Positions 1 through 19,092 of a stretch of 64,000 nt of DNA are shown piece by piece (position 1 is the first letter of the stretch; each line of letters starts with the position of its first letter). Made by a program: the position numbers and the translations under genes. Origin of the DNA: Escherichia coli (GTDB lineage Bacteria; Pseudomonadota; Gammaproteobacteria; Enterobacterales; Enterobacteriaceae). The notes beneath the pieces were generated by a model. It was not told the DNA's origin, did not search any database, and was given only the letters and a program-made list of their open reading frames with translations. Location of the stretch: NCBI RefSeq assembly GCF_024502345.1, contig NZ_JALDNN010000001.1. One strand, 5' to 3'.

Positions 1-1595
<1,595 letters not shown>

Positions 1596-2462
1596 TTAAG
1601 GGCGTGCGAGGAAATTCAGCACCAATTGATTGAAAGCGTCGGCATGTTCCCACTGCGCCCAGTGACCACAGTCGCGGAAGATATGCAGTTCAGAACCGGC
1701 AATGCCGGACAGCAGACGCAGCCCCGCATCCATCGGCACAAAGCGGTCGTTGCGCCCCCAGACAATCAGGGTTTGCGCTTTGATTTCCGCCAGACGTGGG
1801 CCAAAATCCGGGAACTGTTTCGGATTGGCTTCCAGGCTTTTAACAAAGTTTTCCAGGTGATCGCGGCGCGACAGCATATTATTCAGGCGCGCTTCAAACA
1901 GGGCGTCGGTCAAATCGCTGGTATCAAAAACGAAGATATCCATCATCAGCTTCAGGTTTTCGATAGTCGGCTGACGATAAAGCTGATTCAGTCGCTTAAT
2001 ACCTTCGGTTGGCATCGGCGTAAACAAACTCATGCCGCCCGTACCGCCGCCCATCAGCACCAGTTTGCCGACGCGCTCCGGCCAGTTAAGGGTGAACGCC
2101 ACAGAACTATGGCCCCCCATCGAGTTACCCAGCAGGTGGATTTTGGCGATATCCAGTTGATCCACCACGCTTTTCAGGATTCGTGCATTAAGATCCGATC
2201 GCGAACCACTATTAACGATCGAATCGCTCTTGCCCCAACCCGGACAATCCAGCAGGATCACCCGATAGCCCGCCTCTACCAGCGGATCGATATTGCGGCT
2301 GAAGTTCGCCCAGCCAGTAGCACCCGGGCCGGAACCATGCAGCAGGACAACGGTTTCGTCGCCTTGTCCGCAGTCATTAAAATGGATGCGCAGCGTTTTA
2401 CCCGCTTCTTCTACATTCAGAAAACGGCTGGTGGCGGCTTCGGTTTGTGGCTGATAACTCAT
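1596..2462 (-). CDS. mhpC: 2-hydroxy-6-ketonona-2,4-dienedioate hydrolase MhpC
   Basis: ORF 1596..2525; alpha/beta hydrolase with GNSMGG nucleophile motif; start set at [14 protein letters not shown] to avoid overlap with mhpB. Confidence 0.9.
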
Positions 2463-2479
2463 CATCTTCTCCTGCATAT

Positions 2480-3424
2480 TCAGTTCTCTGTTCTGGCGCT
2501 TAACGAGCCAAATCCGGCAATCCACTCCGGGATTGGGCGGTAATAACGCCCTTCGCTACGCCAGTTGCCAAATGCAGAAATAGCGGCAAAAGCGGCGACC
2601 CAGGTTTTGATTTCATGTGTCGACTTTCCGGCAATGGCGGAAAGCTCTTCGTTACTGACGGCATCCAGTTCCTGTATGCGTCCCTGCTCCAGCAAAGTCA
2701 TGAACTGGTTATCCCAAATCGGGTTGAGCGGATGCAGAGTTCTCTGATCCTCAACAAACTTCTCAGCGGCGCTAATCACCCGTTGCTGACGCAATTCGCG
2801 CTCACTGGCGGGTAAATCTTTCCCGCTCCCCAACAGGCGGTCGCGCATATGGGCATCGGCTTTCGCCAGTTCGGGCACCGGCGGCTGATGGGAAAGCCCA
2901 CCGGAACCCAGGAACAGCACGCGTTTATTGAGAGTGCTGGTGAAACGTCCAATGGCTTCACCCAACATGCGGGTACGCTGGAAACCGGGCAGCGGCGTGG
3001 CGACACCGTTGATGAACACAGGCAGAACTGGCACCTTATCCAGCCCACCGAGCAGGAACTCCAGCGGCTGGGCGAACCCGTGGTCCACCTGCATACAGTA
3101 AGAAACGGCAAGATCGATCCCGCTCTTCATGACGGCATGCGCACAGGCCTCCGCCAGCTCCACAGGCACTGGCAGCTCTCCTGCCGCACTGCCGAAATCA
3201 CCAATTGCCGTCGCTCCAACGCCTAAACAGAACGGTGGCATCACGTCATAGAAAAAGCCGTTGTAGTGATCTGGCGCAAACAGCACCACCAGTTCAGGGG
3301 AGAAAGCCGCAATACGCTCGCGGGCGCTGGCAATCACGCCATTGACCTCATCGAGTACCTCTTGTGCTGGGTCGACATACCCCACCAGCGGCGAGTGGGA
3401 AAGACAATGAAGATAAGCGTGCAT
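2480..3424 (-). CDS. mhpB: 3-(2,3-dihydroxyphenyl)propionate 1,2-dioxygenase MhpB
   Basis: ORF 314 aa [21 protein letters not shown]...; extradiol dioxygenase; operon position between mhpA and mhpC. Confidence 0.9.
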
Positions 3425-3425
3425 A

Positions 3426-5090
3426 TCAGGCTACCTTTTCGACAGAAACGTCGGCATCAGGGCGGGTCAGCGTCATCACCGACGCCAGTTTATTCAGGGT
3501 CTTGCCCAGGGTTTGCGGAATGGCGGTGGCGGCAACAAAGCGATCCGGGCGCATCACCACCAGCGAAGCATTGTGTTGCGCGAACCAGCTACGCAGACGA
3601 CATTGCGTATCCCCCACGCGTAGTACGCCGTCGTGGTTATCCTGTGCGGTATGAATTTGCACTTCCGGCACCACCTGAATGAAGCGTGTGCCCAACGCGC
3701 GCCACTGCTGGATTTGCTCGTCGCTCATCCCCCATAGTGGATTGCATCCCCAGCCAATTACTGCGAAGTTCGCGCCAATCGCGTTATCGAGCAGCGTCAC
3801 GTCGCCGTTTTCCAGCGTGACTTTCGGCTGAATAAACATCTTGCCGACCGGAGAGTGCTTCGCTTCGCCCTCTCGCACCAGCGCACCGCCGTAATATTGC
3901 GGCATCGGCTTGAAGCGCATTTCGAGGAAGTAGCGTTTTACTGGCGGCAGATAATTCAGCAGCCAGGAAACGCCGTCACGTAACGTACCCTGCCAGCGTT
4001 TCGGCGGAGCCAGCACGTTGCCCGCCGTCACGGACAGGTCAATCATCGCTTTGGCGTGATCGCGACGTTCTTGTTGATAGGTATCGAGCAGCGCATCGCG
4101 GGCTTTCCCCTGGATAACCAACGCCAGTTTCCATGCGAGGTTAAAGGCGTCGCGCATGCCACTGTTATAGCCCTGCCCCTGCCATACCGGCATGATGTGT
4201 GCGGCATCGCCCGCCAGCAGTACGCGATCAATACGGAAACGTTGCGCCAGTCGCGCGTTGTGGGTGTAGACACGCTGGCGAATCAATTCAACATTGTCCG
4301 GATTAGGCAGCACTTTGCTTAACAGCTTGCGCATATTTTGCGGCTCACGCAGCTGTTCTTCGGTTTCTCCTGGCATCACCATAAATTCAAAGCGACGTAC
4401 CGCATGAGGTAGCGCGGCAGAAACATACGGGCGCACCGGATCGCAACACAAATAGATATGCGGCGTACTTAACGGATCGTTGGCGATATCTACCACAATC
4501 CACTGATTTGGCGCAGTTTTACCTTCAAACGGCACATTCAGAGTGCGACGGACAAAACTTGCTCCACCGTCACAGGCTACCAGCCACTGGGCTTTGACCG
4601 TTTCCCGCTGCCCTTCTGCCGTTTTCAGGTGCAAGGTCACTTCGTCATTTTGCTGGCTGAAGGCCTCCAGCTCGCGGGCAAACAAGCAGCGCACATTCGG
4701 AAAACGCGACAACCCTTCCAGCATCACCGCATCGACCTGAGGCTGAATAAAGGCGTTACGGCGCGGCCAGCCAAATTCATCGGTCATTGGCTGAATATCA
4801 GCAAAACAGCGGCCTTTCGGGGTGAGAAAACGCATCGCGTGCCACGGTGTAGTGTGCGGCAGAACATTATCGACCAGGCCAACCGACTGCATGGTGCGCA
4901 GCGCCTCGTCATCAATACCTATCGCACGCGGGTAGTCGATCAACTTATCGAGTTTCTCCACCACCAGCACGTCAATGCCCATCTGACCGAGATAGTTCGC
5001 CATCATCAGCCCGACCGGACCGGCACCAGCGATCGCCACCTGAACGCTATGGTTAACAGCAGGCTGGATGTCAGGGTGTTGTATTGCCAT
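3426..5090 (-). CDS. mhpA: 3-(3-hydroxyphenyl)propionate hydroxylase MhpA (FAD monooxygenase)
   Basis: ORF 554 aa with N-terminal FAD fold [29 protein letters not shown]; stop abuts mhpB start. Confidence 0.9.
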   Translation of the reverse strand: MAIQHPDIQPAVNHSVQVAIAGAGPVGLMMANYLGQMGIDVLVVEKLDKLIDYPRAIGIDDEALRTMQSVGLVDNVLPHTTPWHAMRFLTPKGRCFADIQPMTDEFGWPRRNAFIQPQVDAVMLEGLSRFPNVRCLFARELEAFSQQNDEVTLHLKTAEGQRETVKAQWLVACDGGASFVRRTLNVPFEGKTAPNQWIVVDIANDPLSTPHIYLCCDPVRPYVSAALPHAVRRFEFMVMPGETEEQLREPQNMRKLLSKVLPNPDNVELIRQRVYTHNARLAQRFRIDRVLLAGDAAHIMPVWQGQGYNSGMRDAFNLAWKLALVIQGKARDALLDTYQQERRDHAKAMIDLSVTAGNVLAPPKRWQGTLRDGVSWLLNYLPPVKRYFLEMRFKPMPQYYGGALVREGEAKHSPVGKMFIQPKVTLENGDVTLLDNAIGANFAVIGWGCNPLWGMSDEQIQQWRALGTRFIQVVPEVQIHTAQDNHDGVLRVGDTQCRLRSWFAQHNASLVVMRPDRFVAATAIPQTLGKTLNKLASVMTLTRPDADVSVEKVA

Positions 5091-5280
5091 TTCAGTACCT
5101 CACGACTCGGACAAAATGCCGTTGCGCGCACAGTACAGCGCAACTTATTTTGTTAAAAACATGTAAATGATTTTTTATTGTGCGCTCAGTATAAGAAGGG
5201 TGTTTTCGGCTACAATCAAAACATGCCCGAATGTGCACCAGGCGCACAACGTTGTTTTAACTATAGAAATGTCAATTAAT

Positions 5281-6114
5281 ATGCAGAACAATGAGCAGAC
5301 GGAATACAAAACCGTGCGCGGCTTAACCCGCGGTCTAATGTTATTAAATATGTTAAATAAACTTGATGGCGGTGCCAGCGTCGGGCTGCTGGCGGAACTC
5401 AGCGGCCTGCATCGCACCACTGTGCGGCGACTGCTGGAGACGCTGCAGGAAGAGGGATATGTCCGCCGTAGCCCCTCCGATGACAGTTTTCGTCTGACCA
5501 TCAAAGTGCGGCAATTAAGCGAAGGATTTCGTGACGAACAGTGGATTTCTGCACTGGCGGCTCCACTGCTGGGCGATCTGTTACGCGAAGTGGTATGGCC
5601 GACAGATGTGTCCACGCTGGATGTTGATGCAATGGTGGTACGCGAAACCACTCACCGTTTCAGCCGCTTATCCTTTCACCGGGCAATGGTTGGGCGGCGT
5701 TTACCGCTTCTGAAAACCGCCTCGGGCCTGACCTGGCTGGCCTTTTGCCCGGAACAAGAACGCGAGGAATTAATCGAGATGTTAGCCTCCCGCCCCGGTG
5801 ATGACTATCAACTGGCACGAGAACCGTTAAAGCTGCAAGCCATTCTGGCGCGCGCGCGCAAAGAGGGTTACGGACAGAACTACCGCGGCTGGGATCAGGA
5901 GGAGAAGATCGCCTCTATCGCCGTACCGCTGCGCAGTGAACAACGGGTGATTGGCTGTCTGAATCTGGTGTATATGGCGAGCGCAATGACCATCGAACAG
6001 GCAGCGGAAAAGCATCTTCCGGCACTACAACGGGTAGCAAAACAGATCGAAGAAGGGGTTGAATCGCAGGCTATTCTGGTGGCCGGACGGCGAAGCGGCG
6101 TGCATTTACGTTGA
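5281..6114 (+). CDS. mhpR: IclR-family transcriptional activator MhpR
   Basis: ORF 5167..6114; start placed at MQNNEQTEYKTVRGL (277 aa); divergent from mhpA. Confidence 0.85.
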   Translation: MQNNEQTEYKTVRGLTRGLMLLNMLNKLDGGASVGLLAELSGLHRTTVRRLLETLQEEGYVRRSPSDDSFRLTIKVRQLSEGFRDEQWISALAAPLLGDLLREVVWPTDVSTLDVDAMVVRETTHRFSRLSFHRAMVGRRLPLLKTASGLTWLAFCPEQEREELIEMLASRPGDDYQLAREPLKLQAILARARKEGYGQNYRGWDQEEKIASIAVPLRSEQRVIGCLNLVYMASAMTIEQAAEKHLPALQRVAKQIEEGVESQAILVAGRRSGVHLR

Positions 6115-6190
6115 CACCATCGAATGGCGCAAAACCTTTCGCGGTATGGCATGATAGCGCCCGGAAGAGAGTCAATTCAGGGTGGTGAAT

Positions 6191-7265
6191 GTGAAACCAG
6201 TAACGCTATACGATGTCGCAGAGTATGCCGGTGTCTCTTATCAGACCGTTTCCCGCGTGGTGAATCAGGCCAGCCACGTTTCTGCGAAAACGCGGGAAAA
6301 AGTGGAAGCGGCGATGGCGGAGCTGAATTACATTCCCAACCGCGTGGCACAACAACTGGCAGGGAAACAGTCGTTGCTGATTGGCGTTGCCACCTCCAGT
6401 CTGGCCCTGCACGCGCCGTCGCAAATTGTCGCGGCGATTAAATCTCGCGCCGATCAACTGGGTGCCAGCGTGGTGGTGTCGATGGTAGAACGAAGCGGCG
6501 TCGAAGCCTGTAAAGCGGCGGTGCACAATCTTCTCGCGCAACGCGTCAGTGGGCTGATCATTAACTATCCGCTGGATGACCAGGATGCCATTGCTGTGGA
6601 AGCTGCCTGCGCTAATGTTCCGGCGTTATTTCTTGATGTCTCTGACCAGACTCCCATCAACAGTATTATTTTCTCCCATGAAGACGGTACGCGACTGGGC
6701 GTGGAGCATCTGGTCGCATTGGGTCACCAGCAAATCGCGCTGTTAGCGGGCCCATTAAGTTCTGTCTCGGCGCGTCTGCGTCTGGCGGGCTGGCATAAAT
6801 ATCTCACTCGCAATCAAATTCAGCCGATAGCGGAACGGGAGGGCGACTGGAGTGCCATGTCCGGTTTTCAACAAACCATGCAAATGCTAAATGAGGGCAT
6901 CGTTCCCACTGCGATGCTGGTTGCCAACGATCAGATGGCGCTGGGCGCAATGCGCGCCATTACCGAGTCCGGGTTGCGCGTTGGTGCGGATATCTCGGTA
7001 GTGGGATACGACGATACCGAAGACAGCTCGTGTTATATCCCTCCGTTAACCACCATCAAACAGGATTTTCGCCTGCTGGGGCAAACCAGCGTGGACCGCT
7101 TGCTGCAACTCTCTCAGGGCCAGGCGGTGAAGGGCAATCAGCTGTTGCCCGTCTCACTGGTGAAAAGAAAAACCACCCTGGCGCCCAAGACGCAAACCGC
7201 TTCTCCCCGCGCGTTGGCCGATTCATTAATGCAGCTGGCACGACAAGTTTCCCGACTGGAAAGCG

Positions 7266-7273
<8 letters not shown>
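6191..7273 (+). CDS. lacI: lactose operon repressor LacI (GTG start)
   Basis: Translation VKPVTLYDVAEYAGVSYQTVSRVVNQASHVSAKTREKVEAAMAELNYIPNRVAQQLAGK... ending ...ARQVSRLESGQ; classic GTG start. Confidence 0.95.
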
Positions 7274-10470
<3,197 letters not shown>

Positions 10471-10476
10471 TAATAA

Positions 10477-11775
<1,299 letters not shown>

Positions 11776-11784
11776 GCAATCAAT

Positions 11785-11815
11785 GTCGGATGCGGCGCGA
11801 GCGCCTTATCCGACC
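11785..11815. repeat. REP (repetitive extragenic palindromic) element between lacY and lacA
   Basis: gtcggatgcggcgcgagcgccttatccgacc palindromic REP consensus. Confidence 0.6.
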
Positions 11816-11840
11816 AACATATCAGGACGGAATGATCGCA

Positions 11841-12452
11841 ATGAACATGTCGATGACAGAAAGAATAAAAGCAGGCAAGCTATTTACCGATATGTGCGAA
11901 GGCTTACCTGAAAAAAGACTTCGTGGGAAAACGTTAATGTATGAGTTTAATCACTCGCATCCATCAGAAGTTGAAAAAAGAGAAAGCCTGATTAAAGAAA
12001 TGTTTGCCACGGTAGGGGAAAACGCCTGGATAGAACCACCTGTCTATTTCTCTTACGGTTCCAACATCCATATAGGCCGCAATTTTTATGCAAATTTCAA
12101 TTTAACCATTGTCGACGACTACACGGTAACAATCGGTGATAACGTACTGATTGCACCCAACGTTACTCTTTCCGTTACGGGACACCCTGTACACCATGAA
12201 TTGAGAAAAAACGGTGAGATGTACTCTTTTCCGATAACGATTGGCAATAACGTCTGGATCGGAAGTCATGTGGTTATTAATCCAGGCGTCACCATCGGGG
12301 ATAATTCTGTTATTGGCGCGGGTAGTATCGTCACAAAAGACATTCCACCAAACGTCGTGGCGGCTGGCGTTCCTTGTCGGGTTATTCGCGAAATAAACGA
12401 CCGGGATAAGCAATATTATTTCAGAGATTACAAAGTTGAATCGTCAGTTTAA
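11841..12452 (+). CDS. lacA: galactoside O-acetyltransferase LacA
   Basis: ORF 11790..12452; start placed at MNMSMTERIKAGKLFTDMCEGLPEKRLRGK; hexapeptide-repeat acetyltransferase. Confidence 0.9.
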   Translation: MNMSMTERIKAGKLFTDMCEGLPEKRLRGKTLMYEFNHSHPSEVEKRESLIKEMFATVGENAWIEPPVYFSYGSNIHIGRNFYANFNLTIVDDYTVTIGDNVLIAPNVTLSVTGHPVHHELRKNGEMYSFPITIGNNVWIGSHVVINPGVTIGDNSVIGAGSIVTKDIPPNVVAAGVPCRVIREINDRDKQYYFRDYKVESSV

Positions 12453-12464
12453 ATTATAAAAATT

Positions 12465-12527
12465 GCCTGATACGCTTCGCTTATCAGGCCTACAAATTCA
12501 GTGATCTACGTAGGCCGCATCCGGCGT
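12465..12527. repeat. REP element pair in lacA/cynX convergent intergenic region
   Basis: gcctgatacgcttcgcttatcaggcctac and gtaggccgcatccggcg REP units. Confidence 0.6.
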
Positions 12528-12554
12528 GAACAAAGCGCAGAAACAAGCGTCGCA

Positions 12555-13736
12555 TCATGCCTCTTTGACCCACAGCTGCGGAAAACGTGCTGGTGCAAAA
12601 CGCAGGGTTATAATCATCAGCCCAACGACGCACAGCGCATGAAACGCCCAGTCCATCAGGTAATTGCCGCTGATACTACGCAGCACGCCAGAAAACCACG
12701 GGGCAAGCCCGGCGATGATAAAACCGATCCCCTGCATAAACGCCACCAGCTTGCCAGCAATAGTCGGTTGCACAGAGTGATCGAGCGCCAGCAGCAAACA
12801 GAGCGGAAATGCGCCGCCCAGACCTAAACCACACACCATCGCCCACAATACCGGCAATTGCAGCGGCAGCCAGATAAAGCCGCAGAAACCCACCAGTTGT
12901 AACGCCAGTGCCAACAGCAAAAGTTTGCGCCGATCCTGATGGCGAGCCATAGCAGGCATCAGCAAAGCTCCTGCGGCTTGCCCAAGCGTCATCAATGCCA
13001 GCAAGGAACCGCTGTACTGCGCGCTGGCACCAATCTCAATATAGAAGGCGGGTAACCAGGCAATCAGGCTGGCGTAACCACCGTTAATCAGACCGAAGTA
13101 AACACCCAGCGTCCACGCGCGAGGAGTGAAAACCACGCGAACCGGAGTGGTTGTTGTCTTGTGGGAAGTGGCGACCTCGCGGGTGCTTTGCCACCACCAG
13201 GCAAAGAGCGCAACAACGGCAGGCAGCGCCCACCAGGCGAGTGTTTGATACCAGGTTTCGCTATGTTGAACTAACCAGGGTGTCAGGGCGGCACCAAGTC
13301 CACCGCCGCCCATCAGAGCCGCGGACCACAGCCCCATCACCAGTGGCGTGCGCTGCTGAAACCGCCGTTTAATCACCGAAGGCATCACCGCCTGAATGAT
13401 GCCGATCCCCACCCCACCGAGCAGTGCGCTGCTAAGCAGCAGCTCACTTTGGGGGTAAAGCTCACGCATCAATGCACCGACGGCAATCAGTAACAAACTG
13501 ATGGCGACGCTGCGACGTTCGCTGACATGCTGATGAAGCCAGCTTCCGGCCAGCGCCAGCCCGCCCATGGTAACCACCGGCAGAGCGGTCAACAGGGCAG
13601 CCACGCTAAAGCTCATTCCGCTTGCCTGGCGCAATTGCGGTAGCAGTGGCCCGACGGAGGTGAGCAGTGGTCGCATATTAAGACCAATCAGCACCAGAAC
13701 CAGCAGTATCGTGAACGTCTTTTGATGGTTGCGCAT
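12555..13736 (-). CDS. cynX: cyanate transporter CynX (MFS); start codon uncertain
   Basis: 393-aa ORF, 12-TM MFS-like hydrophobic profile; position downstream of cynS in cynTSX order. Confidence 0.85.
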   Translation of the reverse strand: MRNHQKTFTILLVLVLIGLNMRPLLTSVGPLLPQLRQASGMSFSVAALLTALPVVTMGGLALAGSWLHQHVSERRSVAISLLLIAVGALMRELYPQSELLLSSALLGGVGIGIIQAVMPSVIKRRFQQRTPLVMGLWSAALMGGGGLGAALTPWLVQHSETWYQTLAWWALPAVVALFAWWWQSTREVATSHKTTTTPVRVVFTPRAWTLGVYFGLINGGYASLIAWLPAFYIEIGASAQYSGSLLALMTLGQAAGALLMPAMARHQDRRKLLLLALALQLVGFCGFIWLPLQLPVLWAMVCGLGLGGAFPLCLLLALDHSVQPTIAGKLVAFMQGIGFIIAGLAPWFSGVLRSISGNYLMDWAFHALCVVGLMIITLRFAPARFPQLWVKEA

Positions 13737-13741
13737 GGCTG

Positions 13742-14230
<489 letters not shown>

Positions 14231-14242
14231 TTAAAAATAAGG

Positions 14243-14902
14243 TTACGCTGCGGTCGGTTGGCGTAGCGGTATGGCACAAACGCGAGGATTAGCGGCCAGT
14301 GGCACAAACTGGCGGGTTGCGCCGTCAAACGCTGCGATGCTGCCGCTTTCAATGTCGTAGACCCAGCCGTGCAGGGCGATCCGCCCCTCTTCGAGCGCCA
14401 GGCGCACCGATGGATGAGTTTGCAAATTAGCCAACTGAGCAATGACGTTTTCACGTACCATCGCCGCAGCTTTTGACGGTAAATCGGGATGCGGGCGCGC
14501 CTCATTAACGACGCGGGCTGAATCGGCATAACGCAGCCAGTGGGAGACGGCAGGCATATGGTCCATGCACTGACAGCTGGCAATGGCGGTCATCGCGCCA
14601 CAGTTGGAATGACCGCAAATCACAATGTCAGATACCCGAAGCGCAGCGACGGCATACTCCACCGAAGCAGAAACGCCACCGGGTTCCGGCCCGTAGGAAG
14701 GGACGATATTGCCCGCGTTGCGAATAACGAACAGATCGCCAGGCTCACGTTGCGTCACCAGCTCAGGGACCAGACGGCTGTCGGAGCAGGAGATAAAAAG
14801 TGTGCGCGGGCTTTGCTGTGTCGCCAACTGTTTAAATAAGGCTTCCCGCTTCGGAAATGCCTCGCGCTGGAATTTAAGGAATCCATCAATAATCTCTTTC
14901 AC
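14243..14902 (-). CDS. cynT: carbonic anhydrase CynT
   Basis: 219-aa [50 protein letters not shown]...; beta-carbonic anhydrase CxDxR motif. Confidence 0.9.
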   Translation of the reverse strand: MKEIIDGFLKFQREAFPKREALFKQLATQQSPRTLFISCSDSRLVPELVTQREPGDLFVIRNAGNIVPSYGPEPGGVSASVEYAVAALRVSDIVICGHSNCGAMTAIASCQCMDHMPAVSHWLRYADSARVVNEARPHPDLPSKAAAMVRENVIAQLANLQTHPSVRLALEEGRIALHGWVYDIESGSIAAFDGATRQFVPLAANPRVCAIPLRQPTAA

Positions 14903-15011
14903 CGTTAACCTCTGTCTGTCTCTGGAATGAGAGGCAGACTACTCGCCGATTGTCATAAGGTAAAAGTCTCATTTATGATGAGTTCTATTGGATTTACTTA
15001 TAGGTTGGCGA

Positions 15012-15911
15012 ATGCTCTCTCGACATATCAATTATTTTCTTGCCGTGGCTGAACATGGCAGCTTCACCCGTGCCGCCAGTGCGTTGCACGTCTCTCAGCC
15101 TGCGCTTTCCCAGCAGATTCGCCAGTTAGAGGAGAGTTTAGGCGTGCCGCTGTTTGACCGTAGCGGGCGAACGATTCGTCTCACTGATGCAGGAGAAGTC
15201 TGGCGACAGTACGCCAGCCGGGCGTTACAGGAACTGGGGGCGGGTAAACGGGCGATTCATGATGTTGCCGATTTGACGAGAGGATCGCTGCGTATCGCCG
15301 TCACCCCCACCTTTACGAGCTACTTTATCGGCCCTTTAATGGCAGATTTCTATGCGCGCTACCCCGGCATCACGCTCCAGTTACAGGAAATGTCGCAGGA
15401 GAAAATCGAAGATCTGCTTTGCCGCGACGAGCTGGACGTTGGGATTGCCTTCGCGCCTGTGCATTCGCCGGAGCTGGAGGCAATTCCTTTACTGACAGAA
15501 AGTTTAGCGTTAGTCGTGGCGCAACATCATCCGCTGGCTGCCTGTGAACAGGTGGCGTTGAGTCGCTTGCATGATGAAAAACTGGTCCTGCTCAGCGCGG
15601 AATTTGCCACCAGAGAGCAAATTGACCACTACTGCGAGAAAGCGGGGCTGCATCCACAGGTGGTCATTGAGGCGAACTCAATTAGCGCGGTTCTGGAGCT
15701 GATTCGCCGCACTTCCCTTTCCACATTGTTACCAGCAGCGATTGCCACACAACATGACGGGCTTAAAGCTATTTCTCTTGCCCCGCCACTACTGGAGAGA
15801 ACGGCGGTTTTGTTGCGGGGGAAAAATAGCTGGCAGACAGCCGCCGCGAAGGCATTTTTGCACATGGCGTTGGAGGAATGTGCGGATGTTGGCGAGAATG
15901 AATCACGGTAG
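15012..15911 (+). CDS. cynR: LysR-family regulator CynR
   Basis: ORF 14988..15911; start placed at [41 protein letters not shown]; divergent from cynT. Confidence 0.9.
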   Translation: MLSRHINYFLAVAEHGSFTRAASALHVSQPALSQQIRQLEESLGVPLFDRSGRTIRLTDAGEVWRQYASRALQELGAGKRAIHDVADLTRGSLRIAVTPTFTSYFIGPLMADFYARYPGITLQLQEMSQEKIEDLLCRDELDVGIAFAPVHSPELEAIPLLTESLALVVAQHHPLAACEQVALSRLHDEKLVLLSAEFATREQIDHYCEKAGLHPQVVIEANSISAVLELIRRTSLSTLLPAAIATQHDGLKAISLAPPLLERTAVLLRGKNSWQTAAAKAFLHMALEECADVGENESR

Positions 15912-15925
15912 CCACTGACACAATT

Positions 15926-16006
15926 GCCTGATGCGCTACGCTTATCAGGCCTACGAGTTCGGTGCTCTACGTAGGCCGGATAAGGCGTTCACGCCGCATC
16001 CGGCAT
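15926..16006. repeat. REP element pair downstream of cynR / codA
   Basis: gcctgatgcgctacgcttatcaggcctac ... gtaggccggataaggcgttcacgccgcatccggcat. Confidence 0.6.
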
Positions 16007-16043
16007 AAACTACGCTCGCTTTGTCAACACACAGCCCAGCCGA

Positions 16044-17327
16044 TCACCGTTTGTAATCGATGGCTTCCGGCTGCTCCAGATATACGGTGGTTTGTGCCGG
16101 TTGTGTGCTGGCAATCACCTTGCCGCCACGTACCGAATAACGTACCGGAACCTGACGGCGCAGCGCATCAAATCCATTTTCAGCCGGCAGGATAATCAGG
16201 TTGGCGCTGTTTCCGGCGGCAATGCCGTAATCCTGCAAATTCAACGTCCTGGCGCTGTGGTGGGTGATTAAATTCAGGCCATCGTTAATTTGCCCGTAGC
16301 CCATCAACTGACAAACATGCAGCCCCATATGCAGCACTTGCAGCATATTCGCCGTTCCCAGCGGATACCACGGATCGAAGACATCATCGTGACCAAAACA
16401 GACGTTAATGCCGGACTCCAGCATCTCTTTAACGCGCGTGATGCCGCGACGTTTTGGATACGTATCGAAACGCCCTTGCAGATGAATATTGACCAACGGG
16501 TTGGCGACAAAGTTAATACCGGACATTTTCAGCAAGCGGAACAGGCGTGAGGTATACGCCCCGTTATAGGAGTGCATTGCCGTAGTGTGGCTGGCGGTGA
16601 CTCGCGCGCCCATGCCTTCACGGTGCGCCAGGGCAGCAACGGTTTCGACAAAGCGCGACTGCTCGTCATCGATCTCATCACAGTGAACGTCGATGAGACG
16701 GTCGTATTTTTGCGCCAGGGCGAAGGTTTTATGCAGCGACTCCACGCCGTATTCACGGGTAAATTCAAAATGCGGAATCGCCCCCACTACATCTGCCCCT
16801 AAGCGTAACGCCTCTTCCAGCAACGCTTCACCGTTGGGATACGACAAAATCCCTTCCTGAGGGAAGGCGACGATTTGCAGATCAATCCACGGCGCGACTT
16901 CCTGCTTCACTTCCAGCATTGCTTTCAGCGCAGTTAGCGTTGCATCCGAAACATCGACATGGGTACGCACATGCTGAATGCCGTTGGCAATCTGCCATTT
17001 CAGCGTTTGCCAGGCGCGTTGTTTCACATCGTTATGGGTTAATAACGCTTTGCGCTCGGCCCAGCGTTCAATGCCTTCAAACAGCGTGCCGGACTGATTC
17101 CAGTTCGGTTGTCCGGCGGTTTGCGTGGTGTCCAGGTGAATATGTGGCTCCACAAACGGCGGTATAACTAAACCTTGTTCGGCATCCAGGCTGTTTTCAG
17201 TTATGGGCATCACGCCGGATTGCGCATCAATGGCGCTGATTTTTCCGTCCTGCAGATGAATCTGCCACAGCCCCTCTTTGCCTGGTAACCGGGCGTTAAT
17301 AATTGTTTGTAAAGCGTTATTCGACAC
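16044..17327 (-). CDS. codA: cytosine deaminase CodA (GTG start)
   Basis: ORF 16044..17342; start placed at [36 protein letters not shown]...; HIH metal-binding motif. Confidence 0.9.
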   Translation of the reverse strand: MSNNALQTIINARLPGKEGLWQIHLQDGKISAIDAQSGVMPITENSLDAEQGLVIPPFVEPHIHLDTTQTAGQPNWNQSGTLFEGIERWAERKALLTHNDVKQRAWQTLKWQIANGIQHVRTHVDVSDATLTALKAMLEVKQEVAPWIDLQIVAFPQEGILSYPNGEALLEEALRLGADVVGAIPHFEFTREYGVESLHKTFALAQKYDRLIDVHCDEIDDEQSRFVETVAALAHREGMGARVTASHTTAMHSYNGAYTSRLFRLLKMSGINFVANPLVNIHLQGRFDTYPKRRGITRVKEMLESGINVCFGHDDVFDPWYPLGTANMLQVLHMGLHVCQLMGYGQINDGLNLITHHSARTLNLQDYGIAAGNSANLIILPAENGFDALRRQVPVRYSVRGGKVIASTQPAQTTVYLEQPEAIDYKR

Positions 17328-18576
17328 TGTTAGCCTCCACATGCGTCATTGTTGCTGTCGTTTTACGATTCAAAATCGGGTTAAGGATCAGATAGCTCAG
17401 CGCGCCACCTAATACCGCGTTGACCGGAACAATTCCCGGTAACCAGTGGCCTGCAGCAATCCCCAAGGCGACCGCCAGAATCGCCACCCAATTGACACTC
17501 ATCATACGCGTGGTCGCAAAGTGCTCATAGCGGCGACGGTTCATCAGATAGTCGGCGATGATCACGCCCCCTACCGGAGGAATAGCTGCCGAAAGGAAGG
17601 TCAGCCAGCCGACAAAATTGTTATACAGCCATAAGGCGCAGACCGTACCGATAATACCGTTAATCACCGAAAGGGTTTTGCTCGACATCCCGGTGATGTT
17701 GGCGAAACCTAAACCCGACGCATAGAGTGCGTTATCGTTGGTGGTCCAGATATTCAGCCCGAGCACCACAATCGCAGGCAACAGCAGGCCCTGAGCAATC
17801 ATCACATCAGAGATATCCGCCATCCCCAGTGCCGCCGCTCCCGCTGCACCGAAAATAAACATCAACGAGTTGCCGAGGAAAAAGGCCACCATCGCCACCA
17901 GCACCGCCAGTTTGGCATTGCGACCAAAGCGGACAAAGTCAGCGGTAAGCGTACCCGCGCTGATAAATGACCCCACAACCAGCGCCAGCGCGACATTGAA
18001 ATCTAATGGTTGTGTGGGAACGACCGCTTTTAAGGCGTCCAGGCCGCCCATGCCGTTAACGGCCAGCCACACGGAATAACCGCCAAGACAGGCGATCGCC
18101 GGAACCGCAATCACCGAAAGAACTGTCAGCGCCGAAATGCCAAAGAAGACGGTGACGGTCATCAGTAAACCGGAAACGGCAATCAGCAAATTAATATCCA
18201 GCCCGGTTGCCTTACCCACCGGAATGGCAAACATCGCCACGCCAACGCCAAACCAGCCAACCTGGGTGCCGCCCAGCAGCAGTGAAGGCAGCCATGAGCC
18301 TTTAACACCAAACGAGAAGCGAGCAAGAAGATGGGTGGTCAGGCCGGTTTTTGCGCCAATGTAACCGAGAAATGAAGTGTAAATACCGAGGAGAAGATTG
18401 CCGATGAGAACTGCGAGGAAGAAATCATGATAGCTAAGACCGGTTCCGAGAGTGCCGCCGGTCCACATACTGGCGGAAAAGAAGGTTAATCCCAGCATGA
18501 CGAACGTCAATGCCAATACCCCTTTCCGCGCCGACTGCGGGACTGGCCCCTGGCTAAAGTTGTTATCTTGCGACAC
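17317..18576 (-). CDS. codB: cytosine permease CodB
   Basis: 419-aa [44 protein letters not shown]...; overlaps codA start. Confidence 0.9.
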   Translation of the reverse strand: MSQDNNFSQGPVPQSARKGVLALTFVMLGLTFFSASMWTGGTLGTGLSYHDFFLAVLIGNLLLGIYTSFLGYIGAKTGLTTHLLARFSFGVKGSWLPSLLLGGTQVGWFGVGVAMFAIPVGKATGLDINLLIAVSGLLMTVTVFFGISALTVLSVIAVPAIACLGGYSVWLAVNGMGGLDALKAVVPTQPLDFNVALALVVGSFISAGTLTADFVRFGRNAKLAVLVAMVAFFLGNSLMFIFGAAGAAALGMADISDVMIAQGLLLPAIVVLGLNIWTTNDNALYASGLGFANITGMSSKTLSVINGIIGTVCALWLYNNFVGWLTFLSAAIPPVGGVIIADYLMNRRRYEHFATTRMMSVNWVAILAVALGIAAGHWLPGIVPVNAVLGGALSYLILNPILNRKTTATMTHVEANSVE

Positions 18577-18728
18577 GAAATTCCCCCTTTTTGCTGTTTG
18601 AAACCCAAAAAATCCGCCGCATTCTATTCATCTGAAGATAAAAAGCAATCGTTTTCGTAGGGGAATATATTTTTTATATGAATGAGTGCGAAAAGGTGGG
18701 GGAAAATTATCGGTGTAAAAACAGTGGG

Positions 18729-19088
18729 CAGGCATGATAAGACGCGCCTGCGTCGCATCAGGCATCTGAGCATGGTGTCGGATGCGGCGCGAGCGCCTTA
18801 TCCGACCTACGGTTCAGGCCTGTAGGCATGATAAGACGCGCCTGCGTCGCATCAGGCATCGGCGCATGGTGTCGAATGCGGCGCGAGCGCCTTATCCGAC
18901 CTACGGTTCAGGCCTGTAGGCATGATAAGACGCATCAGCGTCGCATCAGGCATCGGCACACGGTGTCGGATGCGGCGCGAGCGCCTTATCCGACCTACGG
19001 TTCAGGCCTGTAGGCATGATAAGACGCGTCAGCGTCGCATCAGGCATCGGCGCATGGTGTCGGATGCGCCACGCGACGCATCCGACAA
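18729..19088. repeat. BIME/REP array: ~94-bp unit repeated ~3.8 times between codB and prpE
   Basis: Direct repeats of ggcatgataagacgcgcctgcgtcgcatcaggcatc...gtcggatgcggcgcgagcgccttatccgacctacggttcaggcctgta starting near 18731, 18825, 18920, 19013. Confidence 0.7.
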
Positions 19089-19092
19089 TACC

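Noticed and set aside
18729-19088. Regularly spaced ~94-bp direct repeats that could be mistaken for a CRISPR array
   Set aside because: Units are contiguous with no unique spacers; each is built from palindromic REP sequences (gtcggatgcggcgcgagcgccttatccgac) typical of BIME arrays; no cas genes nearby
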